Origin: the human T2T-CHM13v2.0 reference genome, Homo sapiens
Reading direction: 5' to 3' (one strand)
DNA: 64,000 bases
NCBI RefSeq assembly: GCF_009914755.1
Contig: NC_060936.1
The notes below the pieces were generated by a model. That model had not been told where the DNA came from. It saw nothing but the letters and a program-made list of their open reading frames with translations, and did not search any database. Of the stretch, positions 45,785-63,162 are shown piece by piece. Both the position numbers and the translations under genes were made by a program. Positions within the stretch are counted from its first letter, which is position 1. Each line of letters starts with the position of its first letter.

Positions 45785-45802
45785 CTCTTGGCTGGCTCTC
45801 CA
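45785..45802 (-). promoter_or_regulatory. Retroviral primer binding site (tRNA-Arg type), overlapping a splice-donor-like GAG|GTAAGC
   Basis: Minus strand TGGAGAGCCAGCCAAGAG, 3 nt after the LTR end; 16/18 match to TGGCGAGCCAGCCAGGAG, the complement of the tRNA-Arg(ACG) 3' end as recalled. Confidence 0.8.
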
Positions 45803-45805
45803 AAA

Positions 45806-46301
45806 TGTTACCAGAGTTGTGCAGGTTCTTGGGTGTTGAGCAAAGAATTGAACAAAATGAGCAAACAAGGTAACAAAAAAAATGAAGCAACGAAAAACAA
45901 AGCAACAGAAGAAAGAAGTAATGAAAGCACAGATGTATTGAAGACAACGCACAAAACAAGAGTAAGCTCGAGCAAGCGGCTCAAAATCTTCTTCCGTTAG
46001 GATTTTTTATTAAGCTGAAGGAACCCAGCAACACCCCTCGGTGCCCTTTAGAGGTCTCCAATTGGCTACACCCCATGAAGGACTGGCCTGTGACCAATCA
46101 GAGGCTGCAATGGAGGCCCAGCCCAGCAGCCAATCAGAGGTGAAAGTGGTTTGTTATCATGAGAGAGAGGATGTGTCCTATATGCTTCACCTGCTACTCT
46201 CCTACCTATACGAACTGGCTTCACCTGCTGTTCTTTTGCTTATGCAAACTGTCTGCACCTGCTGAATCCCCGTTACACTAATTTCCTAGTCTCCTGCTAC
46301 A
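45806..46301 (-). mobile_element. ERV1 5' LTR, MER51-family-like
   Basis: Minus strand TGTAGCAGGAG...ttcaattctttgctcaacacccaagaacctgcacaactctggtaaCA; twin ccaatcagagg boxes at 46094 and 46130. Confidence 0.82.
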
Positions 46302-46359
46302 CTGCCCCCTCTTCAATATCCCAGATGTTATTATTTCTTACTTTTAAAATTCATGATAT

Positions 46360-46602
46360 AAATTTTAGATGTCTATATATGTTTATGTATTTTATATATG
46401 TCAAAATTTTATTTAGACATATATAGACATACACATAGATGTCTATATATATAGACACATATACAGACATCTATGTGTATATATGTATATATGTATGTAT
46501 ATATATAGACATCTATGTATATATATAGACATCTGTATGTCTATATATGTCTAAATAAAATTTTGATGTCTATATATCAAAATATGTCTAAATAAAATTT
46601 TG
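46360..46602. repeat. AT-rich palindrome / complex (TA)n with perfect 33-bp inverted arms
   Basis: 46401-46433 is the exact reverse complement of 46534-46566. Confidence 0.9.
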
Positions 46603-46725
46603 TTTACAATAAACTGTTCAGTCTTGATTTACTTTAAACTTTATAAAATGGGTATTATTATGATTGAACTTTTCCAAGAATTCCTATTTTCACTGAAAAC
46701 TGCATTGCTAAAATTCATTTATATG

Positions 46726-48258
46726 TTGACTTTTATGCTTTCAGCTTATATTTTAGATAAAAGGGATACCTGTGCAGGTTTGTTACATGGGTATATTGTG
46801 TGATGCTGAGGTTTGGGGTATGACTGATCTCATTAACCAGATAGTAAGCACAGTACCCAATAGTTATTCAACACTTACCTCCCTCCACCACTCCCTCTCC
46901 TCTCTAGTAGTCTCGTCTATTGTTGCCATCTTTATGCCCATGAGTACCCAATGTTTAGCTCTCACTTATAAGTGAGAACATGCAGTATTTGGTTGCCTGT
47001 TCCAATGTTAATTCACTTAGGATAATGGCCTCCAGCTGCATCTATGTTGATGCAAAGGACATTAACTTATTTCTTTTTAATGGCTATGTAGTATTCCATG
47101 GTGTATACTTATCACATTTTCTTTATCCAATCCACCATTGATAGGCACCTAGGTCGATTTCATGCATTTGCTACTGTGAACAAAGCTGTGATGAACATAA
47201 TGGTACAAGTGTCTTTTTGGTAGAACAGTATATATTCTTTTGGATATATGCCGAGTAATGGGACTGCTGGGTTAATTGGTAGTTCTGTTTTAAGTTATTT
47301 GAGAAATCTTCAAACTGCTTTCCACAGTGGCTGAACTAATTTAAATTCCCACTAACATTGTGTAAGTGTTTTATCTGCGGCCTCACCAGCACTGTTATTT
47401 TTTGACTTTTTAACCACAGCCATCCTGACTGGTGTGAGATGGTATGTCATTATGGTTTCGATTTGCATTTCTCTGACGATTAGTGATGCTGAGTATTTTT
47501 TTTCATATATTCTTTGGCCACTTGTATCTTCTTTTGAGAAATGTCTCCTCATATTGTTTGCCCACATTTTAATGGGGTTGTTTTTTGCTTATTAAATTGT
47601 TTGAGCTACTTATAGATTCTAGATATTAGACTTTCGTCAGATGCATATTTTGTGAATATTCTCTCCCATTCATATGTTGTCTGTTTACTCTGTTGATAGT
47701 TTCTTTTGCTATGCAGAAGCTCTTTAAGTCCCACTTGTCAATTTTTTGTTACAATTGCTTTAGAGGACTTACTCAATTACTCAATTACTAAATTCTTTCC
47801 CAAGGCTGATGTCCAGAATCGTGTTCCCTAGGTTTGCTTCTAGGATTTTTATAATTTTAGGCCTTACATTTAAGTTTTTGATCCATCTTGAGTTAATTTT
47901 TGTTTATGTTCAAAGATAGGGGTTCAGTTTTATCCTTCTGCATATGGCTAGACAGCTATCCCAGCACGATTTATTGAATAGACAGTCCTTTCCCCATTGC
48001 TTATTCTTGTCAATTCTTTCAAAGATCAGATGGCTGTAAGTATGCAGCTTTATTTCTCTGTTCCCCATTCTGTTCCATTGGTCTGTGTGTCTGTACCAGT
48101 ACTATGCTGTTTTGGTTAGCGTAGCCTTATAGTGTAGTTTGAAGTCAGGTATTGTGATGCTTTTAAAGGATTTACTCTTTTTGCTTAGGATTTCTTTGCC
48201 TATTTGCACTTTTTTTTTGGTTTCATATGAATTTTAGAATCATTTTTCTAAGTTTCTG
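46726..48258 (-). mobile_element. L1PA15/16- or L1PB-like 5'-truncated L1
   Basis: tgtgcaggtttgttacatgggtatattgtgtgatgctgaggtttggggt 3' UTR plus ORF2 3' part; perfect 19-bp TSD gctaaaattcatttatatg (46707-46725 / 48259-48277). Confidence 0.9.
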
Positions 48259-48277
48259 GCTAAAATTCATTTATATG

Positions 48278-49335
<1,058 letters not shown>

Positions 49336-49344
49336 CATCTGAAG

Positions 49345-51340
49345 TTGAGAAACAGGTGACATGGGTGTCTGGGTTACCTGTTTATGCATTTTATTTGTGC
49401 CACCTGGCCCTGTTAATGCTTTATCCTGGATGTTCCACTTCCATCTAACAATGATTTCTCCTGGACTTGCCTGATCATATGATTTGGTAATATCTAATAG
49501 AACCCAGGTTAAAATTAGCAGTTCTGGTTTTGTGGTTACTTTGTGCACCATGTTCAGACACCCTACCTCTGCCAGGGCCTGGTAACATATGAGGAGCTTA
49601 TTTTTATACAGGTATTTGATTTTTATGCTGCAGATAACCTAGGGGTCTCCTTTGTGATTCTCCCTTGTGACATTCCATACAGGGTCTTTTCCTACCTCTA
49701 TATCTCCAATGTCATGGGATTTTCTATGTTATAAGGCCTGCTGCAGAGCACTTTCTGTTTTGGGTTCCCCTCAGAGCTGCAAACCTTTTGTACCACCCAG
49801 TATATGGGTTGGAGCGTTATTTCCAGATGTGGAATGTGTTGCCTGCAGAATCTGAAGAGGGCTACTGCTACTAGCCATTGTGTTTCATTTTCAGTGTAGG
49901 TATAAGAGATAGGACTGTACCACCATTCCTCACACCACCAGGCATCCAAAAGTTTTACTGATGTAGCAGGCTCATTAAAGGGTTTACTTCCCACCATTTA
50001 GAGAACACTTTTCAAGGCCAGTGGCACACTAGCCACTAGCTCACGTGATCCAGTGAACATGATACTTGTGATGGATGTTAGTCAATACAAGTGTTTCTGA
50101 TTGTGCTGTGGCAGACAGCAAGTTAGTTAATATTGTCCTGGGGCAATCATGTAAATTTATAAAGTGGTTTATTTCAAGTGAATGCAAACTGTTTCTGATC
50201 CTCCTTTAGCATAGCAGTGGGTAGGTACACATTCACTAGATCAATGGCAACATACCATTAACCTGACTTTGCATTAATCTATTCTAGTGAAGATATTATA
50301 CCTGGCTCAGCAGCGGCCAGTGGAGCTAGTACCTAACCAGTTTGGTTGTTGAAGGTAGCCCATTATCTGGCTTTTTTAGGGGTCAGAGTGGTGAAATAAG
50401 TGCAAATGTTAATGGACCACCACCACTGGTCTTTTACGTCTTTAAAGCCCTCCTGGCTGTCATTTGGACTTGGCTTCTTGAGGTTAAGTGCTGCCCCTGA
50501 CTTTGTGGTTTCAGTATTATTACAATGAGTACTGAGGGTGAGCGCAGTTTGTAATGGCACCTGCTATCACACCCCTAGTGTGCAGAGGAAAGCCACCACA
50601 GAACTTCATTGTAAAGCAGGCACTTTCACCAGCATATCTCATTGCTTTGGTAAATATTCTATCTTACAAGCTCCCATATGGAATATAAACAACTGACAGA
50701 GCTCTGGTCTTTCTCTGGTCTTTTTTTTTCTTTCTTTCTTTCTTTCTTTTTTTTTTTTTTTTTTTGAGACAAGGTTTCACTCTGTCACCCAGGCTGGAGT
50801 GCAATAAAACAATCACAGATCACTGCAACCTCGACCATCTGGGTTCAAGTCATCTTCCCACCTCAGCCTCCCAAGTAGCTGGAACTGCAGGTGCATAGCA
50901 CCATGCCAGGCTAATTATTATTATTATTATTGTTTTTAGAGGCAGGCTCTTGCTATGTTGCCCAGGCTTGTCTCAAACTCCTGGATGTAAGTGATCCTCC
51001 CGCTCAGGCCTCCCAAAGTGTTGGGATTAAAAGTGTGAGCTACCACACTTGGCAGGCCCAGGGTCTTAAAAAGTGTTTTGGTGTAGCTTTCTCTCTACTA
51101 TGAGCTTTCTAATCTCTTCCACTATCTGCCACAGCTACACTGTAATTTATATCACACTTAATGAGGACTGTTGCTTTTACCATACTTCTAAGAGCCATCC
51201 AAATAATGTGTTTGCACCATCGTCTTTAATAGGGTGTTAAATCCAGTGTATTCAGAGAGTGCTTTGAAATCAGTATTTCCCTTATGCATCTTCATGTTAC
51301 ATCCTTTTTGATCCAACACCCTCTTAGAATCCAGTCCCAT
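49345..51340 (-). mobile_element. ERVL-class internal remnant (gag-pol), interrupted by AluJ
   Basis: Minus-strand ERVL-like motifs IVRWKWNIQDKALTGPGGTNKMHKQVTQTPM (RNase H region), EPATSVKLL (RT) and RVLDQKG (gag). Confidence 0.75.
50721..51053 (-). mobile_element. AluJ with (TTTC)n tail and (TTA)n linker
   Basis: ttgagacaaggtttcactctgtcacccaggctggagtgc...ttgctatgttgcccaggc. Confidence 0.9.
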
Positions 51341-51359
51341 AAACTCTCTACATTCTCTG

Positions 51360-51486
51360 GTGGAAGGGGTGAACAAGCTCATTCAGGCCTCCATTATGAA
51401 GACACTAATCCCAATCATGAGACTGGAGCCCTCAATAGGTTTCAAAATACGGATTTTGGCATGACACAAACATTCAAACCATAGCA
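51360..51486 (-). mobile_element. MaLR (MST/MLT1A-like) LTR fragment
   Basis: gacactaatcccaatcatgag...gacacaaacattcaaaccatagca. Confidence 0.7.
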
Positions 51487-52242
51487 ACAAGCTTTCTCTA
51501 ATGTCTAACAGCAATAATTCAAAGTAGCAAACATGCAAAACAATCTCATGAGATAAATTCATATCTATAGACTAAACAAATGTTATTCTTTCATTGAATC
51601 TCTTTGTTTTAAATAGTACAGATCCTTTTTTGGAAATGTAAAGGTCAAACTTTGCTGTACCAAGAAATAATGAGAGTTAATTAATCCACCTTCAAGATGC
51701 CACATGAATGAAGCTTTGCCCTATGGCAAAAGACAAAAGAATTTGCTTAATAATATTGGCCAGTGGTCCTGGCCTAATAATTTTAGCAGCAGACATAAAA
51801 CAGAATATATATCCTATTTTCCATTATAAGATTTATTTACAACTGATTTTAATTTGTGTTCATACTTAGCATGAACATACGGAAAACAGCCCTTAAGTGC
51901 AGAAATCTCTGTACAGGTATTTATTTCTTTGATGTGCATAGCACAACATCCTCCTCATTTGTTTTTTTAAATTAATGGCCCTGCGTTTTTCTACAATGAA
52001 TTCATTTCGGCTTTTTTTTATGTTCTCACCACTGACTTCTTGGGTAAATGGGCTAATGGCACCACGTTGTAGGACTAAGGAGGGGTTGATTTTGATATCC
52101 CATTTATTAAGACTTATTATTTAGAAAGAAAATTTAGGTAATAGGCTCTCTAAATTGGCTTTATGATGCATAATAAATTATTAAAGAATTTTTTAATGCT
52201 AAATATATTTTTTCCAAGAGGTTTCTTCAGCAAATTAATTTA

Positions 52243-52459
52243 CTAGATGTAATAAACATTTTCTGTAAAGAATCAGAAAGTATTTTAACCTTTGTAGGCC
52301 ATATGGTCTGTGACACAACTATACAACCCTGCCATTATAGTGCAAAAGCAGTCACAGACAATACACAAATGAATCAGCATGGCAGTGTTCCAATGAAACC
52401 TTACAAAGACAGATTCTGGGGCAAATTTGGCTCCTGGCTTGAATTTTGCCCAATCCCTG
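52243..52459 (+). mobile_element. MER58A-like hAT-Charlie MITE
   Basis: aaacattttctgtaaag...ggccatatggtctg...ctgccattatagtgcaaaagcag...gtgttccaatgaaac...ccctg. Confidence 0.8.
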
Positions 52460-53097
52460 TTCCAGACAAAGGTTCTTAATTAGTTGCTTTATTTTGGCTC
52501 TGTTCTTCTATTCCAATACACTGTAAATTTAAAAGCAGGTGAGGGATATAGAAAAGAAATGAAGGACAGTATGTGTTTGTCTGTCTCATGTGGCACAAGC
52601 ACAGCTGTTTCCATCTTGAAACTGCTAGAGGTGCTATTAATGAAGAAAACAATTAAAAACACAAAGCAAAACCTACATACTAATACTCATTTTGCACCAT
52701 GGCAGAATCTATGATTTCCTGGCTTCAGAAAATGGCCATTATCAACTGGCAATTAGATCAACATCTAAAGAAATGTACTGAGGGAAACGTGTCCAGTTTG
52801 GTAAATGGATAAGGTTTGGATATCACCGCAAGCCTCATGCTGTAAGCACACTGAACCCAGCAGGGATCAGAAGAGAGTGGAACTGGGCAAATTCTCTTCA
52901 ACTACTACTAGAAGAGCAATTCACATCATATGACTTACAACTGTGTTTCATTAACATTTTCTTGGAATTCAGCTTGCATTGGATTTCATAGATTTGTCTA
53001 GAATTTGTCATAAGAATTCAGAGGTAAATAAGGCATATAATGTGGCCATCCAATACTAAAAAACCTAATCCAGAGACAGAAAATACACTTCATCTTG

Positions 53098-53410
53098 GGC
53101 TGGGTGTGGTGGCTCATGCCTGTAATCCCACCACTTTGGGAGGCCAAGGCAAGCAGATCACTTGAGTTCAGAAGTTCCAAACCAGCTTGGCCAGCATGGT
53201 GAAACCCTGTCTCTACTAAAAATACAAAAAATTAGCTGGGCGTGGTGGTGCATGCCTGTAATTCCAGCTACTCAGGAGGCTGAGGAACAAGAATCGCTTG
53301 AACCTGGGAGGCAGAGGTTACAGTAAGCCAAGATCACGCCATTGCACCCCAGCCTGGGCAACAGAGCAAGGCTCTGTCTCAAATTAAAAAAAAAAAAAAA
53401 AGAAAGAAAG
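53098..53410 (+). mobile_element. AluS (Sz-like)
   Basis: Full dimer; 19-bp TSD agaaaatacacttcatctt (53078-53096 / 53409-53427). Confidence 0.93.
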
Positions 53411-54015
53411 AAAATACACTTCATCTTAAGTGCCACATGTAAATTGATCATTGTTATCTCTAAACTACTTTAACAAAGATTCTGAGTTCTTTTCAGGCTT
53501 GAGGGGAAAATCTGTCACAATGGTCAAGTCATATCTGCCATGAATAGGTACCCAGGTGCCCAACATAATTTTTGTCCTTGATCTATCTAATTATTTGTGC
53601 TTGAAGAATAATTTACTCCTGATTGCATTATTTCCTTTATTAACTTTATTCAATTGAGTATGACACTAAAAATATAGAGATGAATAAGATGATTTTTTTT
53701 ACCAAGTCCAGTTAAAGGGTTAAACATGAAAAGAAATAGTAATGTACAACCTACAACTGTGTCAAAAACACACATATTTAAAAGTGGTATGTGAGAGTAG
53801 ATGCAGAATGATACAGTCTTTGGAAAATCAGTGAAGACATAACAGAGTTACAAATATCAGTTTCCTCTGTTTCCTATGCATGCAAGTATTGTAAATAGCC
53901 CAGCCTACACTGTGTGACCATGAGACATAGTTCTGGCCAATGGAACACAATCATAAGTGATTAACATGATTTTCAACACTGACCTGTTAAAAAACAATTA
54001 CAAAATCCTATCCTC

Positions 54016-54217
54016 TAGGAGTCAGCAAACTTGCTATGTAAAAGGCTAGATAGTAAATATTTTAGGCTTTGAGGGCCTTGTGAGCTCATGCACAATTGCT
54101 CAACTCTGTCATTGTAGCACAGCACACAAGTAGTCATAAACATTGTGTAAACAAATGGCATGGCAATGTTCCAATAAAACTTTATTAACAAAAACAGGCA
54201 GTAGGCTAGATTTGGCT
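54016..54217 (+). mobile_element. MER58A-like hAT-Charlie MITE (within an old MLT1-like remnant)
   Basis: ggagtcagcaaact...agatagtaaatattttaggctttg...tgttccaataaaactttattaacaaaaacaggcagtaggctagatttggc. Confidence 0.82.
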
Positions 54218-54606
54218 TTAGCCTCTATGTCTTTTAATTTTTCTATCTGCAACAGACAAAGTCAAGGGATTGAAGGCTTAATAAGTGGGAAAGAATTTTA
54301 TGCCAGTGAAAACTAAGTTTTCATTGCATTTGGTTAAATAACTCAGTAGTTGGATTACTGGCTTACATGGTAAGTGTATAATTAACTTTTTATAAGAAAT
54401 TATCAAACTGTTTTCCAAAGTGGCCGTATTATTTCGCATTCTCATTAGCAGTTGATCTGCATCCATGCCAGGAATTGGTATTTGTAAGTATATGCTAGAA
54501 TGTGCCAGGGGAATAAAAAACACACACAAAAAGATTCTGCAGTTTTTGATTTAAGCTTTTCTCAATAAAGCCATGAAACTAAACTTATATTGCAAAAATG
54601 CTATTT

Positions 54607-55090
54607 GCATGAGATTGCAAAAATAACCATAATTCTTTATCTCTTCCTATATCCACTCCTCTTTGTATAGCAACTTTGCCACTCTTTCTTCACCCCTTAA
54701 ATCTTGTCTGACCTTATAACTTGCATTGATTAGTAAAATGTGGTAGAAATAACAGACTAATTTTGTGCCTAGCCCTTGAAAGATTTTGCATATTTCCCAT
54801 TTTGCTTTTGGATCTCTATTACTGTCGTGTGAATAAGCCTCAGAAGATACTTAAATGTAAAAAAGCAGAGTCAGGTCATCCTAGCTGAAGTCATTTCAGA
54901 TGAACCAGCCTCCACCCAGTCTGGCAGCTGATCACAGATGCATGAATGACCTAAGTCAAAAACAAAAGACATGCTTAGCTCAACCCAGACAACATTGCCA
55001 AACTGGAGAATCCCAATTAAATAAGTGGTTGCAGTTTTAGGCCACTAAGTTGTGAGGTCGCTTATTATGCAGTAATAGCTAATTGATATA
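54607..55090 (+). mobile_element. MLT1G/H-like LTR
   Basis: gattgcaaaaataaccataattct...cagctgatcacagatgcatgaatga...ttttaggccactaagtt...gcagtaatagctaattgatata. Confidence 0.7.
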
Positions 55091-55668
55091 CTGTTTCATC
55101 TCTAATCTAATTTACATAACCCAAAATAAGATATATGCTTCCATGATTAAATAAAATTAATGTTTTTTACTGGCTCTTATTTTCTGTAACCATTCAAATT
55201 TGCAACATAAAAGGGTTTGCTTTAAAAATAAAATGGTACTTCATAAAAGCGTGCATATTGGTTTCTGTAAATAATTTATAGTCAGTACTACTAGAACTAA
55301 AGCTATGTGGCTTCAGAAAAATCATTTAACTTTTGTTTGCCACAAAAATCTTCATTTGTAAAATGAGGATATTTGGATAAGCCACATTTCAGGGCAATAA
55401 AAAGTGTGTGTGTGTGTTTTATATGCATATACGATGTATATATCAATATTATACACACATACATATTTATGTGCATGTAAGTATTATTTTATATAGAGAT
55501 ATACAGATACATAGATAAATTTTAAAAGCCTTTAAAGAACAAACTGTAAATGAAGCTGAGTCAAAAGTGGTGTTAGTGGTCCCGAGATACGTAAAGTAAG
55601 TGGCTTATATTTCTGAACCATCTTAGTAAACCTTAAATATATATTAGTCTACAACTAGCAGCAAAAGA

Positions 55669-59156
<3,488 letters not shown>

Positions 59157-61934
59157 TAAAAGAAAGTAGAAATGTATAGCAAATGTTTGATAAAAATTAT
59201 CTCTGTGAGTGATAATGAAAGCCAACTGGCCATTAAATGGCTAATACACAGTGAAAGATGTAAGCAGAACTGTTGTATATAGCACAGGGAAAGCAAGCCA
59301 CAACTGTTGGTTAAATTAATTATCATAGAACTTTAGAGATAGCAGGAACTTTAAAAATCTCCAACTCCAACATTCAGAGTTTATTTATTTGAATCGATTC
59401 AACAAACAATTAGTGAAAATCTCCACTCTGAAACATAGTATGCATATGTTATCAAAATTCTATTATAGAAAGATCAAATAACTTACATAAAATCAACCAA
59501 TTAATAGTTGAGAGTAGAAAACACGTTTCCTCATTTCCCTTTCAGTGCTCTTTCTACTTCACCAGTTAACTACTCTAAATATTGACAAAATATATGACTA
59601 TCTCTGACAGGTTATAATTATTTATTAATTATGCATTAAATAAAACAAAAAGGAATTTTGGTATACTGTCAGAGAACAAGCTCTTTAATGTAATTTTATT
59701 TTGAAAAGATTTTTTAGAGGAAATGAAGTGAAGAACATTCTCTAATTTAACCAAAAGACCAGTATAATCAAACTCCTACATCTTCTTTGGATTTCTGGGA
59801 TCCTATCTATGTAGAATCGAAATTGTCCTGCCAATCACAGCTCAGAACTGGGTTACAAGCTGCTGAAATCAATTCATGCCTCACCCACTTTGCTTCCTAT
59901 CTTAGAAAGGATGCCTTAATCACCGTAATGGTAGGAAACTTTTTTCTGATACCTCTTTCTTTGTACTATGAAACTCTCAATCTTCCTGTGCCACAAATGT
60001 CACTTAAAATTAACTATTTTCTCTCAGTCGTAATGGTCTCCTTTCTCCTCTTCTCCTTCTCAAGTCATCTATTCCATTTTGTTCAGCTTCTCCTTTAATA
60101 TGAGATTACGTTCCTATTTGGGGAAAGGAGTGGGGAAAGACTGTCAAATTGTCCTGATTTTGCGAAAAAAAAAATGGCGATATAAAGACAGCTGTTGCTT
60201 TTTGATGTTTCTATTTCTGGAAAAAAAAAATAAAAGTTTGTAAGGCTAATGGTACATGCCCTTAAATTATTTGTCTCACTGATTCAGGAAAGTCACAGTT
60301 CTAGGACGCAGACTGTAGGGCTTGAGATTGACAGAGGTTCCAGGTTGGTAAAGCAGATATATTTACAAACTGTCATAATAGCATACTTTATCACTTGTTG
60401 ATTTTAGTCCCACCAATTAATTAAGCTGCATATATAAAACCAGAGGATGTCTGATTTAGTCAATTCAAATAAAGGCTAAATTAAAAAAAAAAAAAACCTT
60501 AGTCAAATCAATTGTTGACACTATTGACTAATAATAATATTTCTAAAATATTTCACAGTTTCTTAAAAGTTAGAATAAATGTTACCTCCTGGGTAAAGCC
60601 AGGCAGTATTTCTAGTCTTATTTAACATTTGAAGAAACTGGGATTAACCGGGTTTAAGTGATTTAATAAGAAAGAATATAATCATTGGAGGATACAATAT
60701 AGATTTAATGACTTAATAAGGGGTTAAAATAATTATCAAAATTGGAATATAGGCATAAATATCTTAACTTTGATTCTAGTGTTGTTCCTACTGCTTCCGG
60801 CTGCCTCATGTCAAGAAGTTCTCATGGCATGTTTCACTGGCTCAAAATCATATTAGATTAGGAAAGAAATACCTAAGACATGTATGATTATACAGTAAAA
60901 CTAGATTGCCTGAATGTCGGAAAAAATGTGGGCATTTTATTCCTTATAGTATGCCCATATTACTTAAAGTATGTATCTCTCTTTGTGAGAGATGATCAAA
61001 CTCAGCTCAATGATTAAATGCATTTCAAATGCTAAGTTGCAGTATATAGCAAGCTGAAAATCACCTTCCAATTTGTCTACCACTCTAAATCTAGGGACCT
61101 TAGGGTAAATCGTGCTGTAATCCAGAACATTTTTTCAATTAGCTTCTTTTTCACTCTAGGAAAATATTCTTTGATACCAGAGCTGTATCTCTACCAATTC
61201 TCTTTACCAATTACTATGCCCTTACCCTAAGAGGCCCTTTTGAGCTGTAAGCATTCTTGGGAGAAAGATATGCCCATGAGCTTTACATTCTGCATATTAT
61301 TAAATTAGGTATTATATTACTTTGCCTATAAAAGCACTCTTTCCAAAATTGTCAAGTCATTCTTTTTATCTGAAATGGTACAAGAAATACACCATTTTTA
61401 GATTTAGTTTTAAAAGGATATAGCTTTTAAAGAGATGTAAACCTTTACAACTCAATCTTTGAAGTCCCATTTTGCTTTCTACCTTTACTGACATTTCTTG
61501 ATTTCTTTAAATATTGTGATGAGACATACTTGTACTTAAAAACAATGAAGCAATGCTTTCAAAGGAAAAACTACTCCACACACCATTGTATAGCTACATA
61601 GATTTTATTTCTTCTTCTAAAAAAAAAAACCTATCACACCAGAGGGATTGCAACAATAAGTCAATAATTCCTTAACATTTATGGAGGAAGTTAGTTACAA
61701 AATGCTGCTGCATGGTGTGTCTGTGAGTCGTATTTGAAGAGACATTATTGGGCACTATTTTACTCTATTTGGAATATTTTCTTCCTAAATATGATTTCCA
61801 CAGATCTGGAAAGAAATTCACAATATATAAGTTGATATCTTTCTAGTTTACCAGATGAGGGGGAAAACTGAGACTTGAAACAACTCAAATGAAAAGGCAT
61901 TTTTGAAGCTTGCTATATGCTTATACTCATCCCA

Positions 61935-62340
61935 TCATCATTTATTCATTTAACAAATATTTATTGGAAACTAATTATGTGTCAGGCAATAAGACAGGCC
62001 TTCAGGGTACATCAATGAAGAAAGAAAGTTTATTTTTTCAGAACTGACAAGTATAACAGGAAATACAGACAAGTTTACAGTTATAATGAGAAAGACATTA
62101 TAACAAGAGTAGATTCAGAAAACAGTATAACCGGATAAAGAGGTATAGAAACCAGATTAAAGGAGTTAAAGAAGGCTATAAATAAGGAGAATGACTCAGG
62201 AGTATGATTTAAGCATGCAAGAGAGAAAGGGCCAACCATTGTAAGAATGTGGAGGTTGAAGTATGATAATTTTTAGAAAGTCACAGGTTTGGTATAAAAG
62301 CACTGGAATGATCTTTGGGCACAGGTAGTTACTACATGGT
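61935..62340 (-). mobile_element. L2 3' fragment
   Basis: tttattcatttaacaaatatttattggaaactaattatgtgtcaggca, a typical L2 3' terminus. Confidence 0.65.
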
Positions 62341-62900
62341 TTTAACTAAAAAGGTGAAGGAGTTTGAGAGTATTCTCAATAGTAGCTGGTGACATAAATT
62401 AGTACTAAGTGGAAGTGAGAGAGAGAAGATAAGAAATCAAAGAAATTAACCTTGTAAGGGGGGAAAATAAAAGATAGAAGAAAATTGATTTTAAAAAGTG
62501 GGACATTTTAACTTAAATTTTAAATTAAAGTTTCAGAGTTAGAGCAGAAGGAAATAACTTTTTTTAAAATTTAAGACCATTTTAAAAGAAAAGTAATCAG
62601 AACTTTGAAAAGAGACATAGTGGGTTATCCTTCAAAAACCAAAGAAAATGCCTCATTTACAAAAAATATTTCAGGAAACAGAGTAAAATGCTAGAAGACT
62701 TCTAGTTAGTATTTTCAATAGTTGTATCTAAAAATATAGAGAAGATTATCATCAAGGGAAAACCAGCTGAAATCTCAAAAAGATTTTTCAGAATTTAAAA
62801 ACTTAACTGACAAATTATAAGCCACAGTGAAAATAGTAGAGTAAATATTGTAAAAATCGTACCAGTAACATTAAGAGAGAAAAATCAAGAAGTACTCCTA

Positions 62901-63162
62901 GGCCGGAAGTCAAGGCACATTCCTATAATTCCAGCACTTGCAAGGTCGAGGCGGGAAGATTGCCTGAGCCCAGGAGTTTGAGACTAGCCTGGCAAACATA
63001 CAGAGGCCGTTTTTTATACAAAACATTTAAAAATTAGCCAGGCATAGTGGTGCACAGTTTTAGTCCCAGCTGCTTGGAAGGCTGTGGTGACCCGTGATTG
63101 CACCACTGCATTCCAGCCTGGGTGACAGGGCAAGACCCTGTCTTTAAAAAAGAAAAAGAAAA
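62901..63162 (+). mobile_element. AluJ with a small right-arm deletion
   Basis: gattgcctgagcccaggagtttgagac...gaccctgtct; TSD aagtactccta on both sides. Confidence 0.88.

Larger units (their letters stand above)
42340..45805 (-). mobile_element. ERV1 (gammaretrovirus-like) internal region: leader, gag, pro and 5' pol; degenerate and 3'-truncated
   Basis: Minus-strand motifs: Gag PPYNP and LREVAG, MHR VTQGKEENSAMFYSRLEEAF (~44240-44300), protease QFLFNTGAS (DTGA mutated, ~43650), RT LQYVDDL (~42770-42790), KKAQI...VQYLG and FCRIWVPNFGLIAKPLY. No integrase, env or 3' LTR. Confidence 0.92.

Noticed and set aside
42340-46301. Coding-competent endogenous retrovirus
   Set aside because: Multiple stops and frameshifts, protease DTG changed to NTG, and no integrase, env or 3' LTR.
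51880-52130. Enhancer-looking non-repeat block with TAAT motifs
   Set aside because: An impression only; conservation cannot be judged from a single sequence.
52243-54217. Two MER58A copies as a local duplication or composite transposon
   Set aside because: The copies are divergent from each other and have unrelated flanks, consistent with independent insertions of an abundant MITE.
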